Below, piece after piece: positions 48,150-60,396 of a stretch of DNA of 64,000 bases (the first letter of the stretch is position 1; the number at the start of each line of letters is the position of its first letter). Below the pieces are notes generated by a model. The model had not been told where the DNA came from. It did no database searches and saw nothing but the letters and a program-made list of their open reading frames with translations. The DNA lies in the NCBI GenBank assembly GCA_977017645.1, contig OZ360238.1:58156001-58220000 (forward strand), given 5' to 3'. The DNA comes from Torpedo marmorata. Taxonomy: Eukaryota. Position numbers and translations under genes: made by a program.

Positions 48150-51065
48150 CAGTGCCCTCCATAATGTTAAGGACAAGGACAATTTTTTTCCTTTATTTGC
48201 CCCTGTGCTCCACAGTTTTACATTTGTAATCAAACAATTCACATATGGTTAAAGTGCACATTCCAGATTTTATTCAATGTTATTTGTGTACATTTTGGTT
48301 TGACCATGTAGAAATTACAGCACTTTTTATACATAGTTCCCCATTTCAGGGCACCATAATGTTTGGGACATTTGGGTTCACAGGTGTTTGTGATTACTCA
48401 GGTATGTTTGATTGCTTCATTGGTGCAGGTATAAGAGAGTTCAGCTTGCTTCTGAGCTCTTGATCACCTTTGAAGTCTGAAGTTGAAGTCTGACGGATTT
48501 GTGAGCGGAAGGTCCTGTTTGACCAATCTGATTGAATTTTTTGAAGAGGTGACTAGGAATGTGGATGAGGGTAGCGCGGTGGATGTTGTCTATATGGACT
48601 TCAGTAAGGCCTTTGATAAGGTTCCGCATGGAAGGTTAGTTAGGAAGGTGCAGTCTTTAGGTATAAATTCTGAGATAGTCAAATGGATTGAACATTGGCT
48701 GGAAGGGAGAGGCCAGAGAGTGGTAGTGGATAATCGTCTGTCAGGTTGGAGGCCCGTGACCAGCGGTGTGCCTCAGGGATCTGTATTGGGCCCATTGTTG
48801 TTCGTTATATATATCAATGATCTAGATGATGGGGTGGTAAACTGGATTAGTAAATATGCAGATGATACTAAGATAGGTGGAATAGTGGATAATGAAGAAG
48901 GTTTTCAAGGATTGCAGAGGGATTTGGGCTGCTGAGAAAAGTGGGCTGAAAAATGGCAGATGGAGTTTAATGCTGATAAGTGTGAGGTGCTTCATTTTGG
49001 TAAGAAGAATCAGAACAGGACATATGTAGTAAATGGGAGAGCATTGATGAATACAGAAGAGCAGAAAGATTTAGGAATAACGGTGCATCGTTCCCTGAAG
49101 GTGGAAACTCATGTGAATAGGGTGGTGAACAAGGCTTTTAGTATGCTGGCCTTTATCAATCATTGCATAGAATATAGGAGTTGGGAAGTGATGTTGAAGA
49201 TTATATAAGGCTTTAGTGCGGCCTAATTTAGAGTTCTGTGTGCAGTTCTGGTCGCCAAATTATAGGAAGGATATCAACAAGGTGGAGAGAGTGCAGAGAA
49301 GGTTTACCAGAATGTTACCTGGGTTTAAGAATCTAGAGTACAAGGAGAGATTGAGCATATTAGGTCTTTATTCTTTGGAGCGTAGAAGGTTGAGAGGGGA
49401 TTTGATAGAGGTATTTAAAATTATGAAAGGGATAGACAGAGTGGATGTGGATAGACTATTTCCATTAAGAATAGGAGAGATTGAAACAAGAGGACATGAG
49501 CTAAGAGTTAAGGGGCAGAGGTTTAGAGGTAACATGAGGGGGAACTTCTTTACTCAGAGAGTGGTAGCGGTGTGGAATGAGCTTCCGGGAGAAGTAGTGG
49601 CGGCAGAGTCAATTTTATTATTTAAGAAAAAGTTGGACAAGTATATGGATGAGAAGGAAGTGGAGGGTTATGGGCAGGGTGCAGGTAGGTGGAACTAGAT
49701 AGGAATGTTTGGTTCGGTGCGGACTGGAAGGGCCTAATGGCCTGTTTCCGTGCTGTAATTGTTATATGGTTATATGGTTAAGTTGCCATATTTCAACGAG
49801 GACCAGAGTTGTGCCAATGAAAGTCAAAGTTATTATGAGGCTGAAAAGCAAGAATAAAATGGTAAGAGACTGCCCAAACCTTAGGATTACCAAAATCAAC
49901 TGTTTGGAACATCGTTAAGAAGAAAGAGCTACTGGTAAGCTCAGTCATTGCAAATGGACTGGTAGGTCAAGGAAGACCTCCACTGCTGATGACAGAAGAA
50001 TTCTCATAATGAAGAAAAATCCCCAAACGTATGTCCGACAGATCAGAAACACACTTCAGGAGGCAAGTGTGGATGTATCAATGACTACTGTCTGCGGAAG
50101 ACTTCATGAACAGAAATACAGTAGCTATACTGCAAGATGCAAACCACTGGTTAGCCACAGAAACAGGATGACCAGATTACAGTTTGCCAAGAATTATTTA
50201 AAAGAGCCTGCAGAATTCTAGAAAAAGGTCTTGTGGACAGATGAGACCAAGATTAACCTGTATCAGAGTGATGGCAAGAGCAAAGTGTGGAGGTGTAAAG
50301 GAACTGCCTAAGATCCAAAGCATACCACCTCATCTGTGAAACATGGTGGTGGAGGTTTTGTGGCCTGGGCATGTATGGCTGCCACAGGTACTGGTGCACT
50401 TGTCTTCATTGATGATGTAACTGCTGATGGCAGTAGCAAAATGAATTCTGAGGTGTTTAGAAATATCTTAATTACTCAAGTTCGAGCAAATGCCTCCAAA
50501 CTCATTGGATGGTGCTTCATCCTACAGCAAGACAGTGATCCCAAACATACTGCTAAAGCACAAAGGAGTTTTTCAAAGCTAAATACTGGAAAATTCTTGA
50601 ATGGCTGTTGGTCACCCGATCTAAATCCAATTGAGCATGCCTTCCATATGCTGAAGAGAAAACTTAAGGGGACGAGCCCCTGAAAGCAGGAGCTGAAGAT
50701 AGCTGCAGTAGAGGCCTGGCAGAGTATCACCAGAGAAGATACTCAGCACCTGGTGATGTCTATGAATCACAGACTTCAAGCAGTCATTGCATGCAAGGGA
50801 TATGCAACAAAGTGCTAAACAGACTACTTTAATATACATACCATTGTTATTTCCCAAATATTATGGTGTCCTGAAATGAGGGGACTATGTATAAAATGTG
50901 CTGTAATTTCTACATGGTCAAACCAAAATGTACACAAATAACTGAATAAAATTTGGAATGTGGGCTTTAATCACCTGTGAATTGTTTGATTACAAATTTG
51001 AAACTGGAGCACGGGCAAATAAAGGGGGGAAAAAAGTGTCTTTGTCCCAAACATGGAGGGCACTA
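48150..51065 (+). mobile_element. Tc1 DNA transposon (IR/DR type, ~220-bp TIRs), defective transposase
   Basis: TA|CAGTGCCCTCCATAATG at the left and CATGGAGGGCACTA at the right; long inverted repeats ~48150-48370 and ~50850-51065 with an internal direct repeat CCATAATGTT..GGACA. Transposase motifs WTDETKINL, VKHGGG..VAWACM, LQQDSDPKH and SPDLNPIEH, with stops. Confidence 0.93.
48493..49780 (+). mobile_element. Young 5'-truncated CR1 LINE nested in the Tc1
   Basis: [61 protein letters not shown]; 3' (TTATATGG)n tail; AAGTTG on both sides is a possible TSD. Confidence 0.96.
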
Positions 51066-51444
51066 TGTAGCAGTTGAAGATGGTTGGTGTAGCCTGGAGT
51101 AGAGATGAATAACCACAACCATTGTCTTTTTGTGTGAGATATTATTCCATCCAATGGAGTGTTTTCCCTTTTGGCTGTTTCATTTCAGTTTTGTCAGAAT
51201 TCTTTGTCATTCATGATCACTTCGATCTCACCACTGAAGCTCTACTTTTTAAAGTTTGTTTGGACCATGCAGGTGAAGTTCCAAGTCAAGTGGTTGTGGC
51301 AAAATGTTGCATTAGCGTAAGTGAACAGGATAATGAGTAAGCACCCCTTGATTACAATATCTTTCATTGCTTTGGGGATTGAGGGGGATAACTGGATTGG
51401 ATTTGTCCTACTTTGTAAATGGAACAGTTTTCTTTGTTGCCACT

Positions 51445-54385
51445 TTCAGATTTATTGTAAGAGTACATACCGTATGTTTTGGCGTATAAGACAGGTCCCC
51501 AATTTCAGCCTGAATTTCATGGGTTTTATCATGTATTGGGTGTATAAGACGACCCCCCAAAAATACGTGTTGACTGAGCTGGTGTTGCATTGACTGAGCT
51601 GTTGGGCATGGCCGGAAGGTGGGTGTTATCATGGAGCCTCCAGCAAAACGAAGAAAGTATGAAGCAAGTTTTAAGTTAAAAGTCAGTGAAGTGGCCAAGG
51701 AATCTACCAACTGTGCTGCTGCAAGGACATTTGGCATAACTGAGAAGATGGTAAGAGAGTGGAGAAAGAAGATTTTTAAAGAAAAATTCCAAAGAAACAA
51801 TGTTCGATGAGAAGAGGAATCATTCGTTGGCCAGAGTTGGAAAATCACGTTGCAGAATGGGTACGCGAGCAGAGGCAAGATTGCTACAGTCACAAGAAAT
51901 AAAGTCAAGAGCATATGAACTGAAGTGGGCAAGGTCAAACCCAGAACACAGTAGAGATTTTAAAGGTACAGTAGGCTGGTGCAACTGTTTCATGAACGGG
52001 AAAAATCTGGTATTATGACAAAAAACAAAAATTGCCCAGAAACTCCCAAAAGATCTTGATCATAAAGTTATCAGTTTTCAGCAGTTTATTATACGTCAGC
52101 GGCAGAAACACCAGTTTGCATTGGCAAATATTGGAAACATGGACGAAACCCCCATGAATTTCGACATGATAGGCAATAAAACAGTGGAATGTAAAGGTGT
52201 GAAACCTGCAAGCCAGAAGTACAGGCCATGAAAGGACCAGGTTTACGGTGGTGTTATCGTGCATGGCTGATGGGATGAAGTTAAAACCCATGATCATCTT
52301 CAAGCGCAAAATTAAACCTAAAATAAAATTCCCACCATGTGTTTTTGTACATTTTCATGAAAGTGGTGTAAAACTATGGATAGACAATGTATGGAACAGG
52401 CGGCCAGGCAGTATACACAAGGAACGGAGTTTGTTGGTCTGGGATACGTTTCGTAACCATTTAACTGATAACACTAAAAATAAATTAGCACTAAATAATA
52501 CTGTGATTGCTGTTATACCAGGTGGTTTGACTTCTCTATTGCAACCACTGCTTGAACAAGCCATTTAAAGATCATGTGCGTGAAGAATGGAATAATTGGA
52601 TGACGAGTGCTGAAAAATCTTTTACAAAAGGTGGGGCAATGCGTGCTGCATCACTTGATGTGCTGTGTGATCAAAGTATGGGATAAAGTGAAAGTAGAGA
52701 CTGTAATAAAATCTTTCAAAAAGTGCAATGGATGGTACAGAGGATGATTTATTGTGGGCACTGATGATGAAGCGGAAGCCGACTCATCAGATTCAGACTG
52801 GGACCTGTATGATGACTGTGTAAACAGTAAGACTCCGGATGTGCTTGCAGAGTTCTTTGCCTCAGACGATGATAGTGATTTTGAAGGATTTTAGATGTTT
52901 TTATTACAATAAAAATTTCTTTCTAATATACCGGTAGCTTTAAAGATTTGTTGTAGAGTGGGGTCTGAGTGTTATGGAACCAATCGAGTGGTATTTTGAG
53001 TAGAATTTTAAGGTCACGTTTTTGTATCTGGCCTAAGATGACACCTGTTTTTGGGTGCTTCAAGGGTCGTCCTATACACTGAAATATACGGTACATGACA
53101 TCACATACAACACTGAGATTATTTTTCCTGCGGGCGAGGCAGAATTACCACTTATTGGTAGTGCAAAAAGCTGTACACAGTGTTAACATGTAAACAAGTA
53201 GAACTGTAAACAGATAACAAATGTAAACAAACTGTGCAATGCAGAGAGAATAAAAAAAATCAATGAAGTGCACAAGTAAGAGTCCTTAAATGAGTCTCTG
53301 ATGGAGTTTGTTGTTGTGTCTGATGGTGGAGGGGTAGCAGCTGTTCCTGAACCAGGTGGTGCGAGTCTTGTAGCACCTATACCTCTTGATGGCAGCAGTG
53401 AGAACAGAGCGTGTGCTGGGTTGTGAGGGTCTTTGATGATTGCTGCTGCTCTCCGACGGCAGCATTCTCTGCAGATGTTCTCGATAGTGGGGAGGGTTTT
53501 GCCTGTGATGTCCTGGGTGGTGTCCACTACCTTTTTCAGGGCTTTATGCTCAGGGGTATTGGTGTCCCCATACCAGACCGTGATGCAGCCGGTTAGCACA
53601 CTTTCCACCACACATCTGTAGAAATTTGCCATGGTTTCTGGTGTCATACCAAACCTCCGCAAACTCCTGATGAAGTAGAGGTGCTGACGTGCTTTCTTAA
53701 CGATGCCATTAGTGTGTTGGGTCCAGGAAAGATCCTCCCAGATAGTGACTCCCAAGAACTTAAATTTGCTCACCCTCTCCACCTCTGATTCCTCCAATGA
53801 TCACTGGATTGTATACCTCTGGTTTTCCCTTCTGAAGTCAACAATCAGCTCCTTAGTTTTGGTGACATTGAGTGCAAGGTTGTTGTTGGTGCATCATTCA
53901 GCCAAGTTTTTAATCTCCCTCCTGTATGCTGACTCATCCCCTTCCTTTATACAACCCACTACTGTGGCATTGTCGGCAAATTTGTAGATGGTGTTATTGT
54001 CGTACTGAGCCACACAGTCGTAGGTGTAAAGTGAGTAGAGCAGGGGGCTAAGAACGCAGCCCTGTGGTGCTCCGGTACTGATGGAGATTGTGAAGATGTT
54101 CTTACCAATCCTCACTGATTGTGGTCTGGAGGTGAGGAAATCCATGATCCAATTACACAGTGGGGTGTTGAGTCCCAGGTCTTGAAGTTTGCTGATCAGT
54201 TTTGAGGGGATGATGGTGTTAAATGCCGAGGTGTATCAATAAAGAGCATCCTGATGTATGCATCTTTATTGTCCAGGTGTTCCAGGGCTTTGTGTAGAAC
54301 CAGTGAGATAGTATCTGCCGTCGACCTGCTGCTACGATAGGTGAACTGGAACGTATCCATGTCACCGCTCAGGCAGGAGCTGATA
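51445..54385 (-). mobile_element. Rex1/Babar LINE (RT and C-terminus), split by the pogo insertion
   Basis: [44 protein letters not shown] and KKARQHLYFIRSLRRFGM. The 3' tail at 51445-51469 rejoins at 53092. Confidence 0.92.
51470..53091 (+). mobile_element. pogo-family DNA transposon (POGK/Passer-like), defective
   Basis: TA|CCGTATGTTTTGGCGTATAAGAC ... GTCCTATACACTGAAATATACGG|TA. Brinker-type N-terminus MEPPAKRRKYEASFKLKV..AARTFGITEKMVREWRK; DDE motifs IGNMDETP, LLVWDTFRNH, IPGGLTSLLQPL; acidic tail DDDSDFEGF*. Confidence 0.93.
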
Positions 54386-54504
54386 TTTATTGTACAAACA
54401 CTGTATTCATTACCTCCTTTTATTTCTAATATCTGGGTGATTTTCCACCATTGTTGGACAGTTGCTCATGGAACTGTAGTGCAATACCTGACCAGTTTAA
54501 CTTC

Positions 54505-56990
54505 AAATCATAGAACAGCATCAGGACAGGCCCTGCGGCCCATGTTTCTGACTCAAACGTGATGTCCAAATCAAACAAACTCTGCTGCTCGCCCTTGATA
54601 GATATCCCTCAATCCCCTTCATATTTTTGTGTCCATGTAGAAGCCTTTAAAATGCTATTAATGTATCTGCTTCCACCACTACTCCTGTCAGCCCGTTCCA
54701 GACAGCTTAAAAAATAAAAAAAAATTACCCTGCACATCTGCCTTAAACTTTCTCGCCCTCACCTTAATGTGAAGTGAACATTTTCCACATTGTCCCCTAT
54801 TACTATCATGTCCTTTGCCTCGATAATAATGATGCAAAGTACTCATTTAGTACCTTGCCCACTTCTGATTCCAAGCATAAATGCCCTCCTTTGTCCTATA
54901 AAATGCCTTGGGATTTTCTTTAATTTTGTTCACCAAGATTATTTCATGGCTCTTTTGGCCTTCATAATGCCCTGCCTGAGCTTCCTCCTGCAATCTTTAT
55001 ATTTATTATGGTGACTTCGATCCAACAATAGTCACCTGGAGGCTAAGTGAGATACTTGTCTTTGACGCGTTTCAATTAATTTACCAACAAAGTCCAATAT
55101 GTTCAAAAACTTTATTTACACACGTGACTTGCAGTAATCTTCCATGACTTTAATATAAACAGTTCTTGATAACGATGTATGATGAATTCCTTTAAATGAT
55201 TCCTTAGACTGTATTTAGATGTTCAAATAAACGATTTTAAACCACAAAATAACTAGTTTAAAAGTTCAATGAAACTATCTATGAAACGCTATGAAACGAT
55301 GTATGAAAAGCTCTATGAAACGGTCAATAAAGATATGGCGATCTCACTCACCCTCCTACGTCGCCATCTTTATCCTATTCCTTCCAATTCGCGCATGCTC
55401 CATGTTCCTATTCCATTGCGCACTCTCCACCGCGCATACTACATTTCCCATACTACACCGCGCACAACGACGTCAATTTCAGACTGCGCATGCGCCCGTC
55501 GGCACTCCAGCGCATGCGCAGAGCATAAGCAGGCCGAGGACGGCCTACAAACGTTGCAAGCTCTCCACAACCTGATGAGGCATCGGAGCGCTGCGGCAAA
55601 GGTAAGTTATTGAGCCTACGGCTCTTACAATATTCCTCCAGAACCTTGCCTGCTTGTTGCTTCCTGAACTTTACATATGTCTCCTTTACCTTTCTGACTA
55701 AATTCATGACTTCTCTTGTCATCCAAGGTTCTCTTACCCTGCTCCCTGTCCTTCCAATGCATTGGAACATGCCTGTCCTGGACTCTGAGTTGGTCCTTAA
55801 TTAGCTGCTACATGCCATTTGTGGGCTTGCTGATCCCAGCCCCTGTTTAATTCTGTCATAATTTACCTCCCCCAATTCAGTACTTTACTACAAAGCACAC
55901 ACTTATCCTTGTCTATCTCTATCTTGAAAATAATGGAAGAGTGATTGTTCCCAAAATTTTCCACCACTGAGACTTTGGTCATCTGGCTCAGCTCATTTGC
56001 CAGTAAAATATCTAGTATGGCCCCCTTCCTGTTTGGGCTATGTACATGCTGCTTCAAGAAACTGTAATGGACATGCTGATCAAATTCTGCCCCATCTAAG
56101 CTTATGGCATTAATGATATCCCGGTTGATATTGGGGAAATTGAAGTCTCCAACAATGATGACCCTGTTGCTTTTGCAACTTTCTATGATCTGGCTGCACA
56201 TCTGTACTTCCACCTCCCAGTGGCTATTGGGAGGCCAATAGTACAACCCTATCAGAGTGATTGCACCTTTCTTATTTCTAATCTCTACCCACTGCTTCAA
56301 TGGTTGATCCCACCATAAGATCCTCTGAGTGCAGTTGTGATGCTCTCCCTGATTAGCCATGCTAATCCTCCATCTCTTTGACCTCCTCCTCCTCTATCCT
56401 GTCTAAAACAACAAAACTTGGAAACATTCAGCTGCCAATCCTGTCCCTCTTACAGCCAAGTCTCTGCCATAACATCATAATTCCAAGTCCCAATCTGCCT
56501 TGCCCACAAAGCCCCTTGCATTAAAATAAACACACTTCAGCCACTCAGTGTCACTGTGACCATTCCTGTCCTTCCTTTCAGACTTACCTGGCCGAGCATC
56601 TGCCATCTCCTCAACTCCTCCACTTGCTGCCCTGTTGCTCGGGCTCGTAGCCCCCTTCCGCTCCAGTTCAAACCCTTCCAAGTAGCATGATTGAAACTCA
56701 TCTCGAAGATATTGGTCCCACTGCATTTCAGATGTAACCTGTCTCTCATGTACAGGTGCCACCTGCCCTGGAAGAGAGCCCAATGATCCAAATATCTGAA
56801 TCCCTCCCTCTTGCACTAGCTCCTTAGCCATGCATTAAACTACACTATCTTTCTATTTCTTATCTCATTGACATGTGGCACAGGTAGTAATCCTGAGGTG
56901 CAACCCCAGAAATCCTGCTTTTTAACATGCTCAGCTCCCTGAACTCATTCTGCCAGACCACATCTCGCTTCCTACTTATGGCAATTTTAT
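54505..56990 (-). mobile_element. Degenerate CR1 LINE with internal deletion (ORF1 esterase, APE endonuclease, 3' end)
   Basis: ORF 55863-56360 has APE motifs YYWPPN, IVGDFNFPNI and ILDILL. 56537-56791 has HWALF.GRW.LY.RDRLHL (CR1 ORF1 SGNH-like). LKCVYFNAR marks the EN start. A CR1 3' UTR lies near 54510-54780. Confidence 0.85.
55004..55629 (-). mobile_element. Solo LTR with 5-bp TSD, inserted in CR1
   Basis: Flanked by ATATT (54999-55003 and 55630-55634); ends T(A)TTA...TTACA; AATAAA on the minus strand at 55111-55116; CpG-rich. The CR1 sequence is continuous across it. Confidence 0.75.
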
Positions 56991-57044
56991 CACAGCATTG
57001 CTGATGGGGTAATAAGAGACTTTTAAATACCGGTATATCTAAAA

Positions 57045-58868
57045 ATCAAGTTCAAGTTCATTTTTATCATCTGATTGTACAAGTACAACCTGACGAAACA
57101 GCATTCTCCAGTCTTCAGTGCAAAAACATGCAAATACACACCCAGACATCACACATACAAACAAAAAATACATATGCAGTATGTAGATAAAAATATAAAA
57201 ATAAATAAATTTTTTAATAAATAGTAGAGTCTCGGAGGGTTGTATAAGCGGTTCATTTCAGTTATTTAGCAGTCTCATTGCACGTGGGAAGAAGCTGTTT
57301 CACAGCCAGGTGGTTCTGGCTCTGATACTCCTGTATCTCTTTCCTGATGGGAGTATCTGAAAGATGCTGTGTGCAGGGTGGTAGGGGTCCTCCACGATTA
57401 TGTGAGCCCTCTTCAAACAACGATCCTGATAGATCATGTCGAAGGGGGGTAAGGAGACTCCAGTGATCCTCTCTGTCTCTCTTATGGTCCTGTAGATTGA
57501 TCTCCGATCCAATGTTCTACAGCAACTGTACCACACTGTGAAGTAGCTGGCCGGGACACTCTCGATAGAGCTCCTGTAGAAAGTTGACGTGATAGTGGCC
57601 AGTCGCCTTGCCCGCCTCAGTCTTCTCAAGAAGTGCAGTTGCTCGTTGCGTCTTCCTGACCAGTGAGGAGATGTGTGACTAGGATAGGTAACTTGTTAAG
57701 TGGACTCCAAGGAACTTGGTGCACTCCACTCTCTCCACTTTTGAGCTATTAATGTGCAGTGGAGGGTGGTCGTTCCTGGTCCTTCTGAAGTCTACAATCA
57801 TCTTCTTTGCCTTGTCCATGTTGAGACTCAGGTTGTTATTCTTGCAGAAAAGGGAGGGTGGCTGGAGCTGCTGTAACGGCAGCACTGCCGCTGGTGCGGA
57901 CCTGCGGGGAGCGTGGGAGCGGAGATACAGCACTCCCGCGGGGTCCAGCCGCCCAGTCGACTACCGTCGGTTCCGCACGGGCTTTGAACGGCCCGTTAAA
58001 GGAGCCGACGGTTGTTTTATTTGAGATCCCGCGACCGCGGGGTCTGCGCCCAAGATGGCAGCGCCTTTTAACCGGCAACAGTCATGAGGGGCTGCAGATT
58101 CCGGGGAAGTGGAGGGCTGGAGCAGGGCACCAGAGGACGGGAAGATCACCCCCCGTCTGAGAAGGAGAAGCGGAGGAGACGACCCTCGGGAAGGTGACCA
58201 CGGCGGCGGACCGGTGAGGGGATCTGAGGCTATAGGACAAGTGCATGCGGCGGGCTGCTGGAGACTCGAGGCGAGGAACCTGCGGAGGCTGTAGGCTGCC
58301 GGAGACTGCTGTCGGGGGACTCATGCTGGGCTGCGGACTGCTGGAGGCTGGCTCGAACTGGCTGGAGGAGTACCAGGCGAGGGGGTGCCGAGGGCGACCT
58401 GACCGTGTTGGAGGTTCGGATCTGGAGCTCGGGATGGCAAAGGTTTGGACTGGACTCTCTGTGGCTGCGGAAGCACTGGAGGTGAATCTATGGGCACTTG
58501 GTGACTCTGGGGGGACTCTCTTTTGCTTCTCTTTCTCTGACTGTAAGGAATGTTAGAGGCGCTTAGGCTATTTCTGACGGTGGCGAATCTGTCTGCCTTG
58601 CAGCAGGCAAAAAGAAATTTCATGGAATATGACACTGTCTTATTACTATGACAATAAATTGAATCTTGAATATCACGAGATTTTCCACCTCTTCTCTGTT
58701 TTGCAACTCATTGTTGCTGCTGATGAGGCCAACTACTGTTGTGTCATATGCAAACTTGACTCATTAGAGCTGGGTCTGGCATTGCAGTCATGGGTCAGTT
58801 GATTGAACAGGAGCAGGTTGAGCACACACCCTGACATGTGCGAGTGCTCAGCGTGACTGTGTTTGACA
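57045..58868 (-). mobile_element. Rex1/Babar LINE, second subfamily, interrupted at ~57849-58670
   Basis: LRRLRRARRL..TFYRSSIESV..VWY..DPYHPAHSIFQILPSGKRYRSIRART and NNLSLNMDKAKKMIVDFRR. KFAYDTTVVG resumes at 58670-58868. (TTGAAC)n tail. Confidence 0.88.
57849..58670 (+). mobile_element. GC-rich non-autonomous retroposon with a Rex/Babar-type 3' tail
   Basis: CpG-rich body with no recognisable coding; ends GAAATTTCATG...ATGACAATAAATTGAATCTTGAA, like the Rex tails; interrupts a Rex RT. Confidence 0.65.
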
Positions 58869-59938
58869 ATTTAAGTTCTTGGGAGTCACAATCTCGGAGG
58901 ATCTTTCCTGGACCCAACACACTAATGGCATTATGAAAAAAGCACGTCAGCGCCTCTACTTCCTCAGGAGTTTGCGCAGGTTTGGTATGACACCAGAAAC
59001 CCTGGCAAATTTCTACAGATGGGTAGTACAAAGTGTGCTGACCGGCTGCATCACGGTCTGGTATGGGGACACCAAAACCCCTGAGCGTAAAGCCCTCCAA
59101 AAGGTAATGGACACAGCCCAGGACACCAGTTCGGCGCCAGAACGAGTGTTAGAGGGGGGCATTAGGGTAACCGGGGTGGAGGGGGGGCAGTCCAACACTC
59201 GTAAACTTGCTCAGTAGGGGGGGGGGGGTGCTGGCCGAAAGGACATAAACCTCCTCCGACGATAGCACCCGAAAGCTTTTATTGCGTCGAGAGTCACTAG
59301 CATGTGCTAGTGACACTTAACGCACGCTAGTGACAGGGGCGAGTGGAGAGTCACTAGCGTGCATCAAGCTGGAAGCTAGTGATGCTTGACGCACGCGAGT
59401 GACGCGGGGGGTGGGTCTGATGGCAAGCGATGGGAGGCACAGCACCTCGCTTTGGGGGGCAATGCCTGCGAATGCCCCCCTAGGCGCCAACCCTACCAGG
59501 ACATCACACGCAAAACCCTCCCCTCTATCGAGAACATCTACAGGGAACAGTGCCGTTGGAGAGCAGCAGCAATCAAGGATCCACACCACCCAGTACACAC
59601 TCTGTTCTTGCTGCTAGAGGTATAGGTGCCTTAAGACTCACACCACCAGGTTCAGGAACAGCTGCTACTCCTCCACCATCAGACTCCTCAACAACAAACA
59701 ATCAGGGACTCATTTAAGGACGCTTACTTGTGTACTTTATTGGTTTTTTTTCTCTCTGTATTGCACAGTCAGTTTGCTTACATTCATTATCTGTTTACAG
59801 TTGTTTATTTGTTTACACGTGTACGTTGTGTACAGTTTTTGCACTACCAATAAGTGGTAATTCTGCCTTGCCCGCAGGAAAAAGAATCTCAGGGTTGTAT
59901 GTGATGTCATGTATATACTCTGACAATAAATCTGAAAT
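58869..59938 (+). mobile_element. 5'-truncated Rex1/Babar LINE, interrupted by a hAT-like MITE
   Basis: FLGVTISEDLSWTQHTNGIMKKARQRLYFLRSLRRFGMTPETLANFYR; tail CTGACAATAAATCTGAA. Confidence 0.92.
59126..59495. mobile_element. hAT-like MITE (8-bp TSD)
   Basis: TSD CCAGGACA at 59118-59125 and 59496-59503; short imperfect TIRs with GGCGCC cores; several internal GTCACTAGC/GCTAGTGAC motifs. Confidence 0.75.
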
Positions 59939-59939
59939 T

Positions 59940-60394
59940 AAAAAAAAAAAATTATTTAAAATTTTTAAATCACACGATAATACATGTTAATAATATAAAA
60001 TTATCAAAATACATGTGATATATTTTCACCCACCCACCCTTACTAACCAGAAAGAAAAAAGAAAGTAAGTATTGGAGAATGTCAATCTAAAAAAAAACAA
60101 ACTATATATTGATTTTGTTGTGGAGCACAGGTTCACCAGTCAGATTTGATCTCAAAAGATCCTCAAATCTTTAAACCTACAATCTTTATATATGGGCTAC
60201 ATATTTTCAAAAAGAAATGGTATTTATTACGTAAATTATAAGTAATTTTTTCAAGTGGGAAACATGAACGGAGTTCTGCATGCCATCTTTCTAACCCTAA
60301 ATCTACATCAGATTTCCATGTAATAGCAATGCATTTCTTTGAAACAGCTAAAGCAATTCACAAGAATTCTATTTGATACATATTTAATTTCATT
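59940..60394 (-). mobile_element. Short L1 3'-end copy in tandem with the long L1
   Basis: Diverged duplicate of ~60397-60865 and homologous to ~2990-3465. Confidence 0.88.
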
Positions 60395-60396
60395 TA

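Noticed and set aside
57679-58635. Many overlapping ORFs of 60-105 aa
   Set aside because: Stop-poor GC-rich repeat sequence with no protein motifs.
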